Origin: Eledone cirrhosa
Taxonomy: Eukaryota
DNA: 64,000 bases
Direction: 5' to 3'
Assembly (NCBI GenBank): GCA_964016885.1
Contig: OZ024758.1
Location: forward strand, 4,650,001 to 4,714,000
The position numbers were made by a program, and so were the translations under genes. Below the pieces are notes generated by a model. That model searched no databases and was not told where the DNA came from. It saw nothing but the letters and a program-made list of their open reading frames with translations. Shown here piece by piece: positions 39,590-52,829 of this stretch (the first letter of the stretch is position 1; the number at the start of each line of letters is the position of its first letter).

Positions 39590-39824
39590 CGTGAGAGAGA
39601 GGGGTAGAGAGAGGTAGAGAGAGAGAGGGGTAGAGAGAGAGGCATGTGTTGGTAGGTTTGCGGCATAATTATTTACGGCATATTTCAAACGATGTTAATA
39701 AGAAGCTTTGACGAGGATGCACCGTTCGTGATCTCATTAAAGTCATTATGAAGGAAGATACGCGCCATTCCCATGGCAACAGTTTGACATGAATAATCCG
39801 AAAAATTGGTCGAACGCCAACCAC

Positions 39825-40136
39825 TGATACATCAACCGAACTATACATTTATATATACATATATATATATATATATACATATATATACATTTATATATAC
39901 ATATATACATTTTTATATATACATTTATATATATACATTTATATATATACATTTATATATATACATTTATATATACATTTATATATACATTTATATATAC
40001 ATTTAAATATACATTTAAATATACATTTAAATATATATATATATAAATGTATATATAAATGTATATATATATATATTTATATATATATATACATCGACCG
40101 AACTATACATTTATATATATATATATATATATATAC

Positions 40137-40186
<50 letters not shown>

Positions 40187-40315
40187 CGAACTGTACACTT
40201 ATATACATATATATATACATTTATATATATATACACATCGACCAAACTACTCTACATTTACATACATATATATATATCACTGATATATCGACCGAACTAT
40301 ACATTTATATGTGTG

Positions 40316-40378
<63 letters not shown>

Positions 40379-40428
40379 CTGATATATCGACCGATCTATA
40401 CATTTATAAGTGCATATATACATTTGTA

Positions 40429-40508
<80 letters not shown>

Positions 40509-40592
40509 GTACATCGACCGAACTATACATTTATATACATATATATATATATATATACATACATACATATATATATATCGACCGAACTATTC
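39825..40592. repeat. Compound array: constant atcgaccgaactatacattt motif separated by variable (TA)n
   Basis: Motif variants at ~39831, 40094, 40181, 40237, 40287, 40386, 40513, 40577. Confidence 0.85.
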
Positions 40593-40670
40593 GTAGATAT
40601 AGAAAGAAATATTCTTTCTAAGTAATAAGCAAAGTTTCTGGTGCAGTCTCTATCTTTGGAACATCTACTT

Positions 40671-40724
<54 letters not shown>

Positions 40725-40729
<5 letters not shown>

Positions 40730-40918
40730 AGTAAGTAAGACCCCGACGGCTGAGCTCAAGCCGTTTCGACGGCTAATTCAGTACAGAATTAGCCGTCGAA
40801 ACGGCTTGAGCTCAGCCGTCGGGATCTTACTTACTCCTATTACCCACTCTACTACCCTAAGTATTGAGTACTTTGGTGCGTTATGGTCCACCTGGTTCCT
40901 TACCACTTTTCCCTCGCT
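40725..40918. mobile_element. Family B fold-back element in (TA)n
   Basis: Short minus arm 40725-40779, long plus arm 40785-40918; both arms share the private variant gagtaagtaaga. Confidence 0.8.
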
Positions 40919-40951
40919 ATATATATATATATGCATTTATATATACACATG

Positions 40952-41002
<51 letters not shown>

Positions 41003-41138
41003 GCAGCGTGTATATATATAAAGGCACACACCTATATATATTATATATATACGCACACACACATATACATCGTAGATATAGAAAGGAACCTTATTTCTAA
41101 GTAATAAGCGAAGTTTATCGTTCACCCCACAAACTTCC

Positions 41139-41626
41139 CAACATCTACCTTCTCATCTCTTCACCTCCACATAGATGTGACAACATCTACCTTCTCATCT
41201 CTTCACCTCCACATAGATGTGACAACATCTACCTCATCTCATCTCTTCATCTCCACATATATGTCACACAACATCTACCTTCTCATCTCTTCATCTCCAC
41301 ATAGATGTGACACAACATCTACCTTATCTCATGTCTTCACCTCCACATAGATGTGACACAACATCTACCTCATCTCATCTCTTCATCTCCACATATATGT
41401 CACACAACATCTACCTTCTCATCTCTTCATCTCCACATAGATGTGACACAACATCTACCTTATCTCATCTCTTCATCTCCACATAGTGACACAACATCTA
41501 CCTTATCTCATGTCTTCACCTCCACATATATGTGACACAACATCTACCTCTCTTAATCTCCACATAGATGAACAGATGAGAAGGTAGATGGTGTGTCACA
41601 TATATCTCCACATATATGTGACACAT
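41139..41626. repeat. ~42-44-bp minisatellite (caacatctaccttctcatctcttcacctccacatagatgtga) ending in an inverted unit
   Basis: About 10 units; 41575-41605 is the reverse complement of a unit. Confidence 0.9.
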
Positions 41627-41984
41627 AACGGGTTTTTAAGTTCGTTTCTTCCCAGAATACTTTCCAACGATTCATCAGTCGATATTTCGTTTACTTTAGT
41701 TTTCTAGTTTTTTGGGAGTTTTTTTTTTTTACCTTGTTAGGATATTAGTTTGGTTTTGTTTTTTTGTTATTATTTAATGAGGGTTTTGTGAGTTTTTTTA
41801 TTGTTATTTTGTTTTAGGGTTTCTTTTCAAATTTGTTTATATATAAATATATAAGTTTTCATATTTTCATTTCCGTTTTCATATTCTAATTACTTGATGT
41901 TTCCGAATATTTGGAAATCCGCCCAACATAAAATTTGTGGATATTCAGCCGTCTTTTAATGCCTCATTATTTCATTAATTATGA

Positions 41985-42110
41985 AGGCAGTGGTTTGGTA
42001 TTGATTGATAATATTGGTAGTGCATCGGAAATCATCATTTGTGCTATAGAGCTTCGGCTCTTTGCGTTCTGAGTTCAATTCCTGCTAAGGTAAGCGTTGC
42101 TTGTCATTCT
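41985..42110 (+). mobile_element. Old diverged main-family SINE head
   Basis: ggcagtggtttggta...gttctgagttcaattcctgctaaggtaagcgttgcttgtcattct. Confidence 0.6.
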
Positions 42111-42135
42111 AACACGGTGTATATATATATATAAA

Positions 42136-42412
42136 GTCTGTCTTAAGCCAGAAGGCTTATTTGGTCGGTGCTTATCCCGGTTTCATGGCGGACAAGATTC
42201 CCCCTGAGAGTATAAGACTCCACTTTGGTCAGGACGCCTGTCCATCGCAGGGTTAAACCCCCAGCTATTACTGGTACTCATCTTCAGCTGAGTATAATGG
42301 AGCAACGTGAAATGAAGTGTTTTGCTCAAGAACACAACATACAACCCAGGAATCGAACCCACGACATTATGATCGTAATTCCAACACCCTTACCACTAAG
42401 CCACGTGCCTTC
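42136..42412 (-). mobile_element. tRNA-derived CORE-like SINE with a different 3' tail
   Basis: Reverse complement: tgaaggcacgtggcttagtggta...gggttcgattcc...gtgttcttgagcaaaacacttcatttcacgttgctcca...aaccctgcgatggac...ggcttaagacagac. Confidence 0.8.
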
Positions 42413-42472
42413 ACGCGTGTGCGTGCGTGCGTGCGTGTGTTGGACACTACCGTATATTTTGGTAGATATATC

Positions 42473-42834
<362 letters not shown>

Positions 42835-43881
42835 TGTGGTGTGGTGTGGTGTGGTGTGTGTGTGTGTGTTTACATGCATACATATGCATATGTAGAAAGT
42901 GCTAGCGCGTGGGAGAGTGAAAGAAACAGGAGAGAAAGAGAGAAAGAAACAGAGATAGAGAAAGTGCTAGAGGGGCAGTGAGAGAGAGAGAAAGAGACAA
43001 AGAGGGAAAGAAAAACAGAGATAAAGAGATACATTGAGAGACAGAGATCTAGAGAAATAACGAATGAACGAGAGAGAGAGGGGGGCAGTGAGAGATACAG
43101 AGTAAGACAGAGAAGGGGGCAGGGAGAGATACAAAATAAGAGAGAAAGATAGAGAAAGATAGCGAGAGAAAGATAGCGAGAGATACAGTAAGAGAGAGAG
43201 GGGGGCAGGGAGATATACAGAGAGAGGAGGCAGTGAGAGATACAGAGTAAGAGAGATGGGGGAGGGGGACATAGAACCAGACAAATCAAGAGACATTATA
43301 GTACAACATGTAAGTTACTTAGTAGAGTTTCACGTTTTCAAATGTTTGTAATATCAGGTTCATGATGTCGTATATATACTTGCTTTTCTACAGCTTTATT
43401 ATCTTCATGTCATGAATTCTGGAATGGCAGAAATCTTGTTAAACTTGTTAAAATGAACTACTACAAAACAAATTTTGTTTATAATACATTTTCTCAGTGG
43501 GTTGAGGAATCCATTTTATTTACTATATATTTATATATTTATTTTTTGTCGAATTCCTGACCATTGATAGCAATCTTCACCAATTTGTTAGCTACTTTAT
43601 AATATTGTTTCGGTGTTTGTTTACTTGTTGAGTGATGTAATATATAGCGATTTCTTTATTTTACAGACGTCTTTCTCTTTCTTGGAATAGTACGTTATTC
43701 ACATATTAAATTTAGGGACTTAAGCTGACAACTACTACACATGCAAGCAAATCAAGCAAATTTCAATAATGCTCTAGTTTTAGGGTAAGCACTTTGGCTC
43801 CAGCCATATGTATCTGCGTGGGAGAGGAGTGAAGAATATCAACGTGCAGGATTGTCTCTTCTTTTGGACAATATAAGACAG

Positions 43882-44330
43882 TTCTTCTTCTTCGTCTACT
43901 TATTCCTGGGATAGTCATGGGGGAGGAGTGCACAAACACTCCTTCCAGTGGATCTTATCAGAAGTAACCGTCTGCAAAAGATCCGGCTGGAACCCCAAGC
44001 GAAACCAGCCAAGCTCGTGGATGTTATCCAACCATCTTGTTCGGGGTCTACTCCTGGTTCTCCTGCCGGTTGGTTTCGCCTGTAAAATCTGTCCAGAAAT
44101 TCTTTCCTGAGACATTCTAACCACATGTCCATAGTATCGCAGCTGTGATCTCTCAATTCGAAGAAGTAGCGACTCTACCTGGAGTGACTGATTTCTTGGC
44201 TACAAATTTATCCAGCGATTTTTTCCTGGGACATTCTAGCCACATATCCATAGTATCAGAGCTGTGATCTCTTAATTCGAAGAAGTAGCGGTTCTACATG
44301 GAGTGATTCTCTGATCTCCGAGCTACGTAC
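43882..44330 (-). mobile_element. RTE LINE 3' end with a partial tandem duplicate
   Basis: QLRYYGHVVRMSQERISGQILQAKPTGRRTRSRPRTRWLDNI matches the RTE C-terminal GHVxRM...GxRxRGRPxxxWxD pattern; (GAA)n tail at ~43882-43894; duplicate segment 44215-44330. Confidence 0.85.
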
Positions 44331-44520
44331 TTTATATGCTACATTATTCACATGTTAGCTTTAGTGATCTATAAAGCTAACAAGTACCACACATGCAAGT
44401 AAATTTTAATAATGTACTCGTTGTAGGGTGGGTACTTCTTGTGGCTATATATTTCAGTGTGGGTGGGAATGAGAATATCAGCGTGAAGGATTTTCTCTTC
44501 TTTTGGACAATATAAGCTTC

Positions 44521-44812
44521 CATGATTTTCGGAAACATTTTTTTACGCTCAGCGTTGCTGAAGCATAGAACAAACTACCTGCAATTGTTACCTGCCAAGA
44601 CACTGCATCCTTTAAAACCTCCATGCTTTCTGAAATTCACCAACACTACACCCGACATTCCCCTCCATACACACGCACATATGTTATGTATATCATGACT
44701 CATACACTGTTCAATTCCCTGACATTTGTACATTCTATGTACTATACATGCACCCTTGATGAGTTGTAGTGCACCTGAGCACTGTACACGATAATTTCAT
44801 TATTATTATTAT
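44521..44812 (+). mobile_element. CR1-group LINE 3' end
   Basis: Translates to FRKHFFTLSVAEA*NKLPAIVTCQDTASFK (pattern FFxxRVxxxWNxLP...FK); 3' UTR ends gcacctgagcactgt plus (ATT)n. Confidence 0.75.
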
Positions 44813-44817
44813 AAGAG

Positions 44818-45167
44818 GACGGTGGATTGGCAGTATCGGTAGAGGGTCGGTCGCTATGCTTTGCAGCATAGAGTTACTTCCCTTTATGATCTGAGTTCAA
44901 ATCCCGCCGAGGTTAACTTTGCCTTTCATCCTTACGGGGTCGATAAAATAAAGTACCAGTAATGCACTGGGATAATTGCTGGCCTTGTGCCAACAGTAGA
45001 AACAATTATTATTATAAGAGAGGTAAGAAACATTGTTTGCTTAACTTTGCCTTTGATCCTTACGAGGTCGATAAAATAAAGCATCAGTAAGACACTGGGG
45101 TCGATTTAATCGACTTTCCTCTCCCCCTTCAAATTGCTGGCCCTGTGCCTTAAGTAGAAACAATTAT
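44818..45167 (+). mobile_element. Main SINE (44818-45008) inserted in the CR1 tail, plus a second 3' half (45041-45167)
   Basis: TSD attattattataagag flanks the first copy. Confidence 0.9.
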
Positions 45168-46126
45168 TTGTTTTACTTATATACTTTTAATCAACCAATT
45201 TTGCTTTTATTTCGGCTATAATCAGAAGCAGTCTAAAGGGCCTCGTCTTCTCTTCAGATAAACTTGCTATTAAAGTCAATAAATAAAAATTCGAAAGACT
45301 TGGTGAAAGAATTTTAAACTGAATTGGCGAAAGATAAAAAAATTTTGAAACAGTCATTTGCAGAGTAGAACTAGTGAGAACTTCTTTGTATGTGTGTACG
45401 TGTGTGTGTATATATGTGCGTGTACGTGTGTGTGTACGTGTGTGTGTACGTGTGTGTGTATATATGTGCGTGTACGTGTGTGTGTACGTGTGTGTGTATA
45501 TATGTGTGTGTACGTGTGTGTGTACGTGTGTGTGTATATATGTGTGTGTACGTGTGTGTACGTGTGTGTGTACGTGTGTGTGTATATATGTGTGTGTACG
45601 TGTGTGTGTGTGTGTGTGTGTACGTGTGTGTACATATATGTGTGTGTACGTGTGTGTGCGTGTACGTGTGTGTGTGCGTGTGCGTGTGCGTGTGCGTGTG
45701 CGTGTGCGTGTGCGTGTGCGTGTGCGTGTGCGTGTGCGTGTGTGGGGGGGGGGGGGGTCTGTGGGTGTCTGTGTGTATGTCTCTATGTCTATGTGAGATA
45801 GTGCTTGTCTCAGTACAAATATCTCTTTCCTAGCCTCACATGTTTGGTGATTTAAATGAAGATATTATTATTTGTAATTGTGGTTATTTTATTTCTATTA
45901 TTTAAGATTCCCGACAAAAAAAATAAATCAATATATCACATAAATAATTCATTTCATATAAACAAAGAAATACTTAAAAAAATGTTTGTGGCTACAGTCA
46001 TATAAAATTTGGAATTTTAGATAGAAAACTTCGAGAAATATTACAATTCTTTCTGAAAAATGTGTTACTATGATATGGTTCAGATATTGCCAAACAATAA
46101 AGACGTTCGTTTCACAGTCAAGAGTC

Positions 46127-46460
46127 ACTCTCTTTATCCTAGCCCGACCCCAGTCTCAATACCGTGACACGCTGGGTGTGTTACTGAATTCTTAGAACTG
46201 CCTAGTCAAGAGATATTCTCTTTATTCTCTCTATCCTAGCCCGACCCACCTTCAATACCGTGACCCGCTGGCTGTGTTACTTAATTCTTAGAACTTCCTA
46301 GTCAACATATGTTCTCTTTATTCTCTGTACAATAGTCCGACCCCATCTAAAATACCGTGGCCTGGTGGGTGTGTTACTGGATTCTTAGAACTTCCTAGTC
46401 AACATATGTTCTCTTTATTCTCTCTACCTTAATCCAGTCCCACCTTCAATACCCTGGTCT
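46127..46460. repeat. ~97-bp tandem repeat x~3.5
   Basis: tcctagcccgaccc...aataccgtg...gtgttact..attcttagaact.cctagtcaa recurs at 46137, 46234, ~46333, ~46430. Confidence 0.9.
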
Positions 46461-46607
46461 GCTGTAGTTTCCCCCTACAAGACAAAGTCTGATCTAAATT
46501 GAAGCATTCCAAATGTTAATCACATAAAACGATAAACGGCATCATCAGCCCTTTATGGTTTCAAACGAATGAAATAATTTTATTCCTGTCGAAGTCGTTT
46601 CTATATG

Positions 46608-46641
<34 letters not shown>

Positions 46642-47148
46642 TTGTGAGTGTGCGTGTGCGCGTGTGTGTGTGTGGGGGGGGGGGGGGGGTAATTGTGTGT
46701 ATGTGAGTATGTGTGTGTATGTGTGTGTGTATTGGTGTGTAAACACGTTATCTTCCACAGCTCTAAGGTATACCACTCACACGGCAAGAAAATATATATG
46801 TATTTCAAATGCAAGGAATAGATTAGCGATTAATTTTCAAGAAATAATCTGCTGAAGAATGTCTGTACTTAGAAATATTAAAATCTCGCTGATCACACGT
46901 TCTTCTTAATCATTTAAATAAATATCAACTTACTATTTTCAGATACCGACTAATCCTTCAAATATTTCAACATTGCTGTGTTTCTCACCATTGCACATTT
47001 TATGCAGTTGCAGATTGAATATACGTTGATGAGAATAGAAAACACTGAAGCTACTCTCAAACCATATTAAGGAAGGAACACTGTGGAATGTGTTGATCCG
47101 TAATCATGCTTTCTGATATGCACGAAGGTCTATAAAGTTAAGAGAAAT

Positions 47149-47886
47149 TCTATGTCAAAACCCCTTTAATACTGATATACTCTCCAACTGTAACACGAAT
47201 CTCTATGTCAAAACCCCTTTAATACTGATATACTCTCCAACTGTAACACGAATCTCTATGTGAAGACCCCTTTAATACTGATATACTCTCCAACTGTAAC
47301 ACGAATCTATGTCAAGACCCCTTTAATACTGATATACTCTCCAACTGTAACACGAACCTCTATGTCAAGACCCCTTTAATACTGATATACTCTCCAACTG
47401 TAACACGAACCTCTATGTCAAGACCCCTTTAATACTGATATACTCTCCAACTGTAACACGAACCTCTATGTCAAGACCCCTTTAATACTGATATACTCTC
47501 CAACTGTAACACGAATCTCTATGTGAAGACCCCTTTAATACTGATATACTCTCCAACTGTAACACGAATCTCTATGTCAAGACCCCTTTAATACTGATAT
47601 ACTCTCCAACTGTAACACGAATCTCTATGTCAAGACCCCTTTAATACTGATATACTCTCCAACTGTAACACGAATCTCTATGTCAAGACCCCTTTAATAC
47701 TGATATACTCTCCAACTGTAACACGAACCTCTATGTCAAGACCCCTTTAATACTGATATACTCTCCAACTGTAACACGAATCTGTGTCAAGACCCCTTTA
47801 ATACTGATATACTCTCCAACTGTAACACGAATCTGTGTCAAGACCCCTTTAATACTGATATACTCTCCAACTGTAACACGAATCTG
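47149..47886. repeat. 53-bp minisatellite x~14, highly homogeneous
   Basis: Unit tctatgtcaagacccctttaatactgatatactctccaactgtaacacgaatc. Confidence 0.95.
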
Positions 47887-47967
47887 TCTTCTCTAATCAA
47901 AATACAGGAACCCTTTATCAACAATTGCTTCCTAAGTTGTGAAGGAATTTTCAGAAGCAATACACCA

Positions 47968-48281
47968 TATTGTGTCTACTTTAGGCATAAGGCCAGCAAT
48001 TACCCAGTGCATTACTGGTACTTTATTTTATCGACCCCGTAAGGATGAAAGGCAACGTTAACCTCGGCGGGATTTGAACTCAGACAATAAAGGGCCATAA
48101 TTCCTATGCTGCAAAGCATGGCGTCAGACCCTCTACCGATACTGATTCTCTACCGATACGGGCTGAGTTCAAATCCCACTGGGGTTAACTTTGCCTTTCA
48201 TCCTTACGGGATCGATAAAATAAAGTACCAGTAATGCACTGGGATAATTGCTAGCCTTGTGTCAAAAGTAGAACCAATTAT
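47968..48281. mobile_element. Head-to-head main SINE pair (- 47968-48145; + 48163-48281)
   Basis: Junction contains a duplicated ctctaccgatac. Confidence 0.85.
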
Positions 48282-48339
48282 TAAGCTAATGCTGTATATT
48301 TAGGAATTACCTACTAGGTGTGAGTGTCTACATATACAT

Positions 48340-48525
48340 CAGACCTGCCAACTCTCACCGTCGGACGGTGAGATCTCCCATCCACTTTGGGGTGGGTGAG
48401 AGATGTCTTCAAAAATGGGTATAACTTTTATTATGTAAAATCTCCCCATTTTGCCTCATTTCTGCCCGTTTTTGAGAACCTTTTTTCATGGTACTCCCCG
48501 TTTGAGCTTTTTAGAGGTTGGAAGT

Positions 48526-48529
<4 letters not shown>
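48340..48529 (+). mobile_element. hAT-like MITE, uninterrupted copy
   Basis: TIRs cagacctgccaac / gttggaagttctg; flanks atatacat / atatatat consistent with an 8-bp TSD. Confidence 0.8.
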
Positions 48530-48563
<34 letters not shown>

Positions 48564-48567
<4 letters not shown>

Positions 48568-48795
48568 AATAAATTTGAAGACTAAAATCCAAAGAGGGCT
48601 CGATAAGGATAAATATATATCAAATATATAAGAACCATAGAGCAAATATTCATTAAAATAACAGATTAAAGTTTAAGCAAAGAATCGCTGCTTTCACCCT
48701 TAACGGGATCTTCTGAAACTAGTTTCAGATGATCCCGTTAAGGGTGAAAGCAGCGATTCTTTGCTTAAATTTTAATCTGTTATTTTAATAAATAT
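48564..48795. mobile_element. Family A fold-back element, copy 2
   Basis: Nearly identical to 134-370; centre 48720/48721; plus arm has CAGATGA at 48726-48732; minus arm has a 5-bp stem I agttt/aaact. Confidence 0.8.
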
Positions 48796-49635
48796 ATATA
48801 TATATATATACACCATGTCCTAACACAAAAGAACTAAACTCCCACTGTCACTGCCTCCGTCTCTCACTGTTATGAACAAATGGGGCCGACGTGCTGGCCA
48901 CCTCGAGGATGATGAGGGAGATGTACTGGAAGAGCAACCATTCAAACTCGCGAGACTGTTTGTTTTATATTCAAGTTATTTTTAACATTTAGCGTAGGGA
49001 GCAGTAAAATGCTAAACTTAAATAATTTTACGATGAAGAAAGTTATCGTCAGTGACCAATATTATTTTCATTATTTTTTCAAGTGTTAGAAACCATCCCA
49101 GCCATTACCACATCAGACGTCGCTGTTTATTGCCTTTTCAGAAAAAGAAAGTATATTTTGTTTTGTTCTTGTTTCTACTTATTTGAATTATTTATTCTAA
49201 TACTTTACATTTAGCTAGATTTGTCGTTCTACAATGTTTGTTTAAAATAATTATCTAGTTGCAGAAAAGCACTACTTCCTTCTATTTCTAGTGAAATATA
49301 TTCCTTCTGCGTCGGTCTTTGTGTTGTGTTTTCTAAATTTAATTATTGTTTTTCAGACTTTTGTTTCTATTTTACCTATTTTACTTGTTTTTCAGTCGTG
49401 GTAATTATAACAATAGTTTATTACTAAACCAACTAGAGAATTGATACATATTAGAGTTATTTTGAAATTCAGCTGTTTTTAAAATTAATCTAAAGATCTA
49501 TAATGTTGCTTCCGAACTTTCGTTTCATATATGGACAACATTAACCCCATCTTACTTGAGTTTGCTCTCATTTTCTGGTTTTTGTTTTTTTATCTACCAT
49601 AATGTAAGTTTGTTTTGAAACCGCGAGCGAGTTTG

Positions 49636-49734
49636 AAAATAGATATAGAAGCTTTCGCCGTATTTTGACTAAAGAAATTTTAGCCTGATAAGAACGCTCT
49701 AAGACAATACGACGAAAGCTTCTGTTTCTATTTT
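49636..49734. mobile_element. Family G fold-back with a decayed hammerhead-like motif
   Basis: Arms aaaatagatatagaagctttcgccgtatt / aatacgacgaaagcttctgtttctatttt; spacer contains CTGATAA; GAAAGCTT in the arm. Confidence 0.45.
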
Positions 49735-49894
49735 ATAAAATCAGTTGTTATATTTTCGCCCTAGATTAATCAAGATCAAACAGATCTGAAAGCAAATACA
49801 TTCTAGTCATGATTATTCCATCTATTTTTGAAAGTGCCGGGACGAATCTTATTTAAGATTGATTAAATAGTATCTTCGATACTTACAGCCTATT

Positions 49895-50302
49895 AGTTGT
49901 GTTATATGGCCTTGACTGTGTTAATTGGACGACAAGGTCACTTCAGAAGCTCTCTACATTCCAAAACCACATCATGAGACTTATTACTGGCAAGCGGCTC
50001 AGCGACCATATCTGATTCAGTAAGCTGCTCAACATTACCAGACTTAGACCAATTACATCAATTGTCAAGTCAAGAGTACTCAAATTATACAGCCACAATA
50101 AGATCAACTAGTGGTGTGAGTAGGCTATGCCTGGAAGGAAGGTTGGCTGGTAAGAGAAGTAGAGACCGGTAGCCAAAACGATGGCTTGATAATGTCAACT
50201 TATGGACTAGACTTGATCTTTGCTCTTTAAACTCTCCTGCTGGTGATTGAAGATTGTGGAGAAAAATATCTCATGTTGATGCGCAGTCTGCAACTGGCGG
50301 AA
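49895..50302 (+). mobile_element. RTE-clade LINE 3' ORF remnant (different family)
   Basis: VVLYGLDCVNWTTRSLQKLSTFQNHIMRLITGKRLSDHI*...RVLKLYSH / CLEGRLAGKRSRDR*PKRWLDNV...LWRKI. Confidence 0.8.
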
Positions 50303-51929
50303 TTTAGCAGCAAAGTAGTAATAGTGTATCATTTGAAGGATATCTGGCTACTATCTCTAACAATTCTATTGAACACTTGTGGGGTCTCTCGCTTTCTCCT
50401 GTAAGATCTGTTGGTGAAGATCATAAAAAATACGACTAGCTCAAGCATTCCTACAGTATACGTTTATTTATATATTCAATAATGCGCTTCTGCTAAACCA
50501 CCACATTTTTGTCTGTCAGAAATGTTGCATCAGATCGATTTGACTCGAAACTTCGCATTGTATTTATATGTTTAAGCAAATGATCGAAATTGCAAACGAC
50601 TCACTTTTCTTTTTTATTTTTTATTCTTTCAATAGCTACAAGTATCGCGTGTAAAAGGTTTGGTCGGCGTTTCATATTTTTATTTGGTTTTCTGATTCAT
50701 GGATATCCTTTTTCAAACGAATAGTTAATATCTTTATACGACGTATGTGCGTGCTGGCATAAGTTGCTTAAACACAGTTTCAGCTTCTTGAAAATCTTCA
50801 TTCACTAAGCTCTTTAAGTCATATACATTTACATCGACAGAACTTTAAGAAATCAAGCAGTACAAGGTAGAGATTTTCTTTGCCGTCGTCTTCGTTCTTT
50901 ACTAGGCATCTGACAAACCTAAATAATCCGTGAGATATATGTTTATCGACATGACATTATGTATATATATGTATATATGGGTATGTGTGCATGTGTGTGT
51001 ATTTATTTATGAAAATATATATATATATATGTTTGTGTATGTGAGTGTATTTATGTATAGATATATATATGTGTGTGTGTGTACATGTGAGTGTGCGTGT
51101 GTATGTATTAGCGTGTATATGTGTCTTCGCGTGATAACATGTCTGACTTTAAACGAGATTAATACACCCTTTCACATACACACACACACACAGACACACA
51201 CACACACACACACACACACACGCCACACACACACACTCACATATTCACATACATTCATATAAACACAACAGAGATAAAATGCAAAGAAAGATAATTTGAT
51301 AGGAAGACAGAAGCGAAGAATGAAAAATGAGACGGAGAAAGAGAAAATTAGAATTAACAATTGTTCTCGAGTAACGATTGTAGAATATTCTTTTGGCAAT
51401 ATATTTGTATATATTTCATATATAATTCTGTCCTTTATAACAAATAATATCATTGTCAGATTAGAAAATAAAGCCAAAGAAATACAATAATATTCCAACT
51501 CAGATTGCGAATTTCTGACTCCAAGCTACATATAACAACTTGGAAAGGTCACGGACTGTTTGTTGAATTCCGGAATATATAGATACCTTTGATTGCCCTT
51601 AGGTTACGCTCCTCCCTTTGGTTTATGGTTTACAAACACTCACACGCATTATATATATATGTCTGTCTGTCTGTGTCTGTTTGTCTGTCTCTCTCTATAT
51701 ATATATATAGAGAGAGAGGGGGGGAATAAGAAAATGCGAAGTAGTTTCAGGTGTTAAAGTCCTTTATTGGTAAAGCTATGATACATATTTCAATGACGAC
51801 AGTGGCCACGCGATTCCGCGTTACCAGTGCCATGACGTGATCAGACAGCTTCTTACATAATAAGGTTACGTTACCGAGGCAATCCAAATTGGGAACGAGA
51901 GGGAACGGACAAAGATGATAGATAGATAG

Positions 51930-52345
51930 ATGTTTCTTTATTAGCCACAGGGGCACAAAAGAAGGGGACAAATACAAAGGGGGAAGTAGATAGATAGATA
52001 GATAGATATATAGATAGATAGTTCAAGAAGACAACAAACAAAGGTAGAAAATATCGTATTAGTTTCACGCTTTATATTGGAAAGAAAGTTCGACGTGTCG
52101 GGCTTAAACCCGTCTTCGGGGGTACAAAATAGAGACAGGATCACAAAGGAGAAACAGAAAAAAGGTCAGAAAATGAAGAGGGAAACAAGACAACCGTTAA
52201 ATAGTATTGGTAACGAGTAAGAAAAAGAATTGTGCATATGGCGGGAAATATCTTTGGCTGGGCATGGTGGGAAAAGAGGAACGCGTGAGCAAAATAAGGT
52301 GACACAGACAAGCTAGTGGTAAAAAAAAAAAAAGAAAGAGACAAA
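51930..52345 (-). mobile_element. Possible Penelope-like terminal fragment with a decayed hammerhead (52091-52122)
   Basis: Minus strand reads ccgaaga-cgggtttaagccc-gacacgtc (compare CUGAAGA...GAAACGUC); associated with (TAGA)n. Confidence 0.4.
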
Positions 52346-52829
52346 TGATAGAAAAGAAGGTCGCGGGTGATTAGTGTAGTGAAGGGCAGCTCAATAAAAA
52401 TCCAAATATTCGAGGTCCATGGGTAATCCTTTGGCAGGACAGGATGGTAAATAGAGCAGACTCAAGATGTGGGTAAATATCCAGTTTCGAAATACAAGGA
52501 TTGCCGTGTAAGCGTTAAAAATATAGTTTAAGGAGACAACAAAGAGAGAGAGAGAGGTAGGGGGGGGGGCGTGCGTGCGTGCGCGTGTGCGTGCGTGCGT
52601 GCGTGTGCGTGCGTATATAATTTTGGTAGTTTTCGACCAGTATTGGCCATGTGTAACTTAATAGTAAATTATTATCTTGCCAGGTGGTGCTAAGACTAAT
52701 CCTGTAGCAGGTTACACCGGATTCTTCTTAACAGGTGTCACACCCGAGAATCTTCTGAGTAACTTGCTATTCATGAGAGTGGAGTTCTCTTACTCCTACT
52801 CAAGCTTTCCAATGATTATATATATATAT

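Noticed and set aside
39825-40592. Constant motif with variable spacers as a CRISPR-like array
   Set aside because: Spacers are only (TA)n; best explained by slippage.
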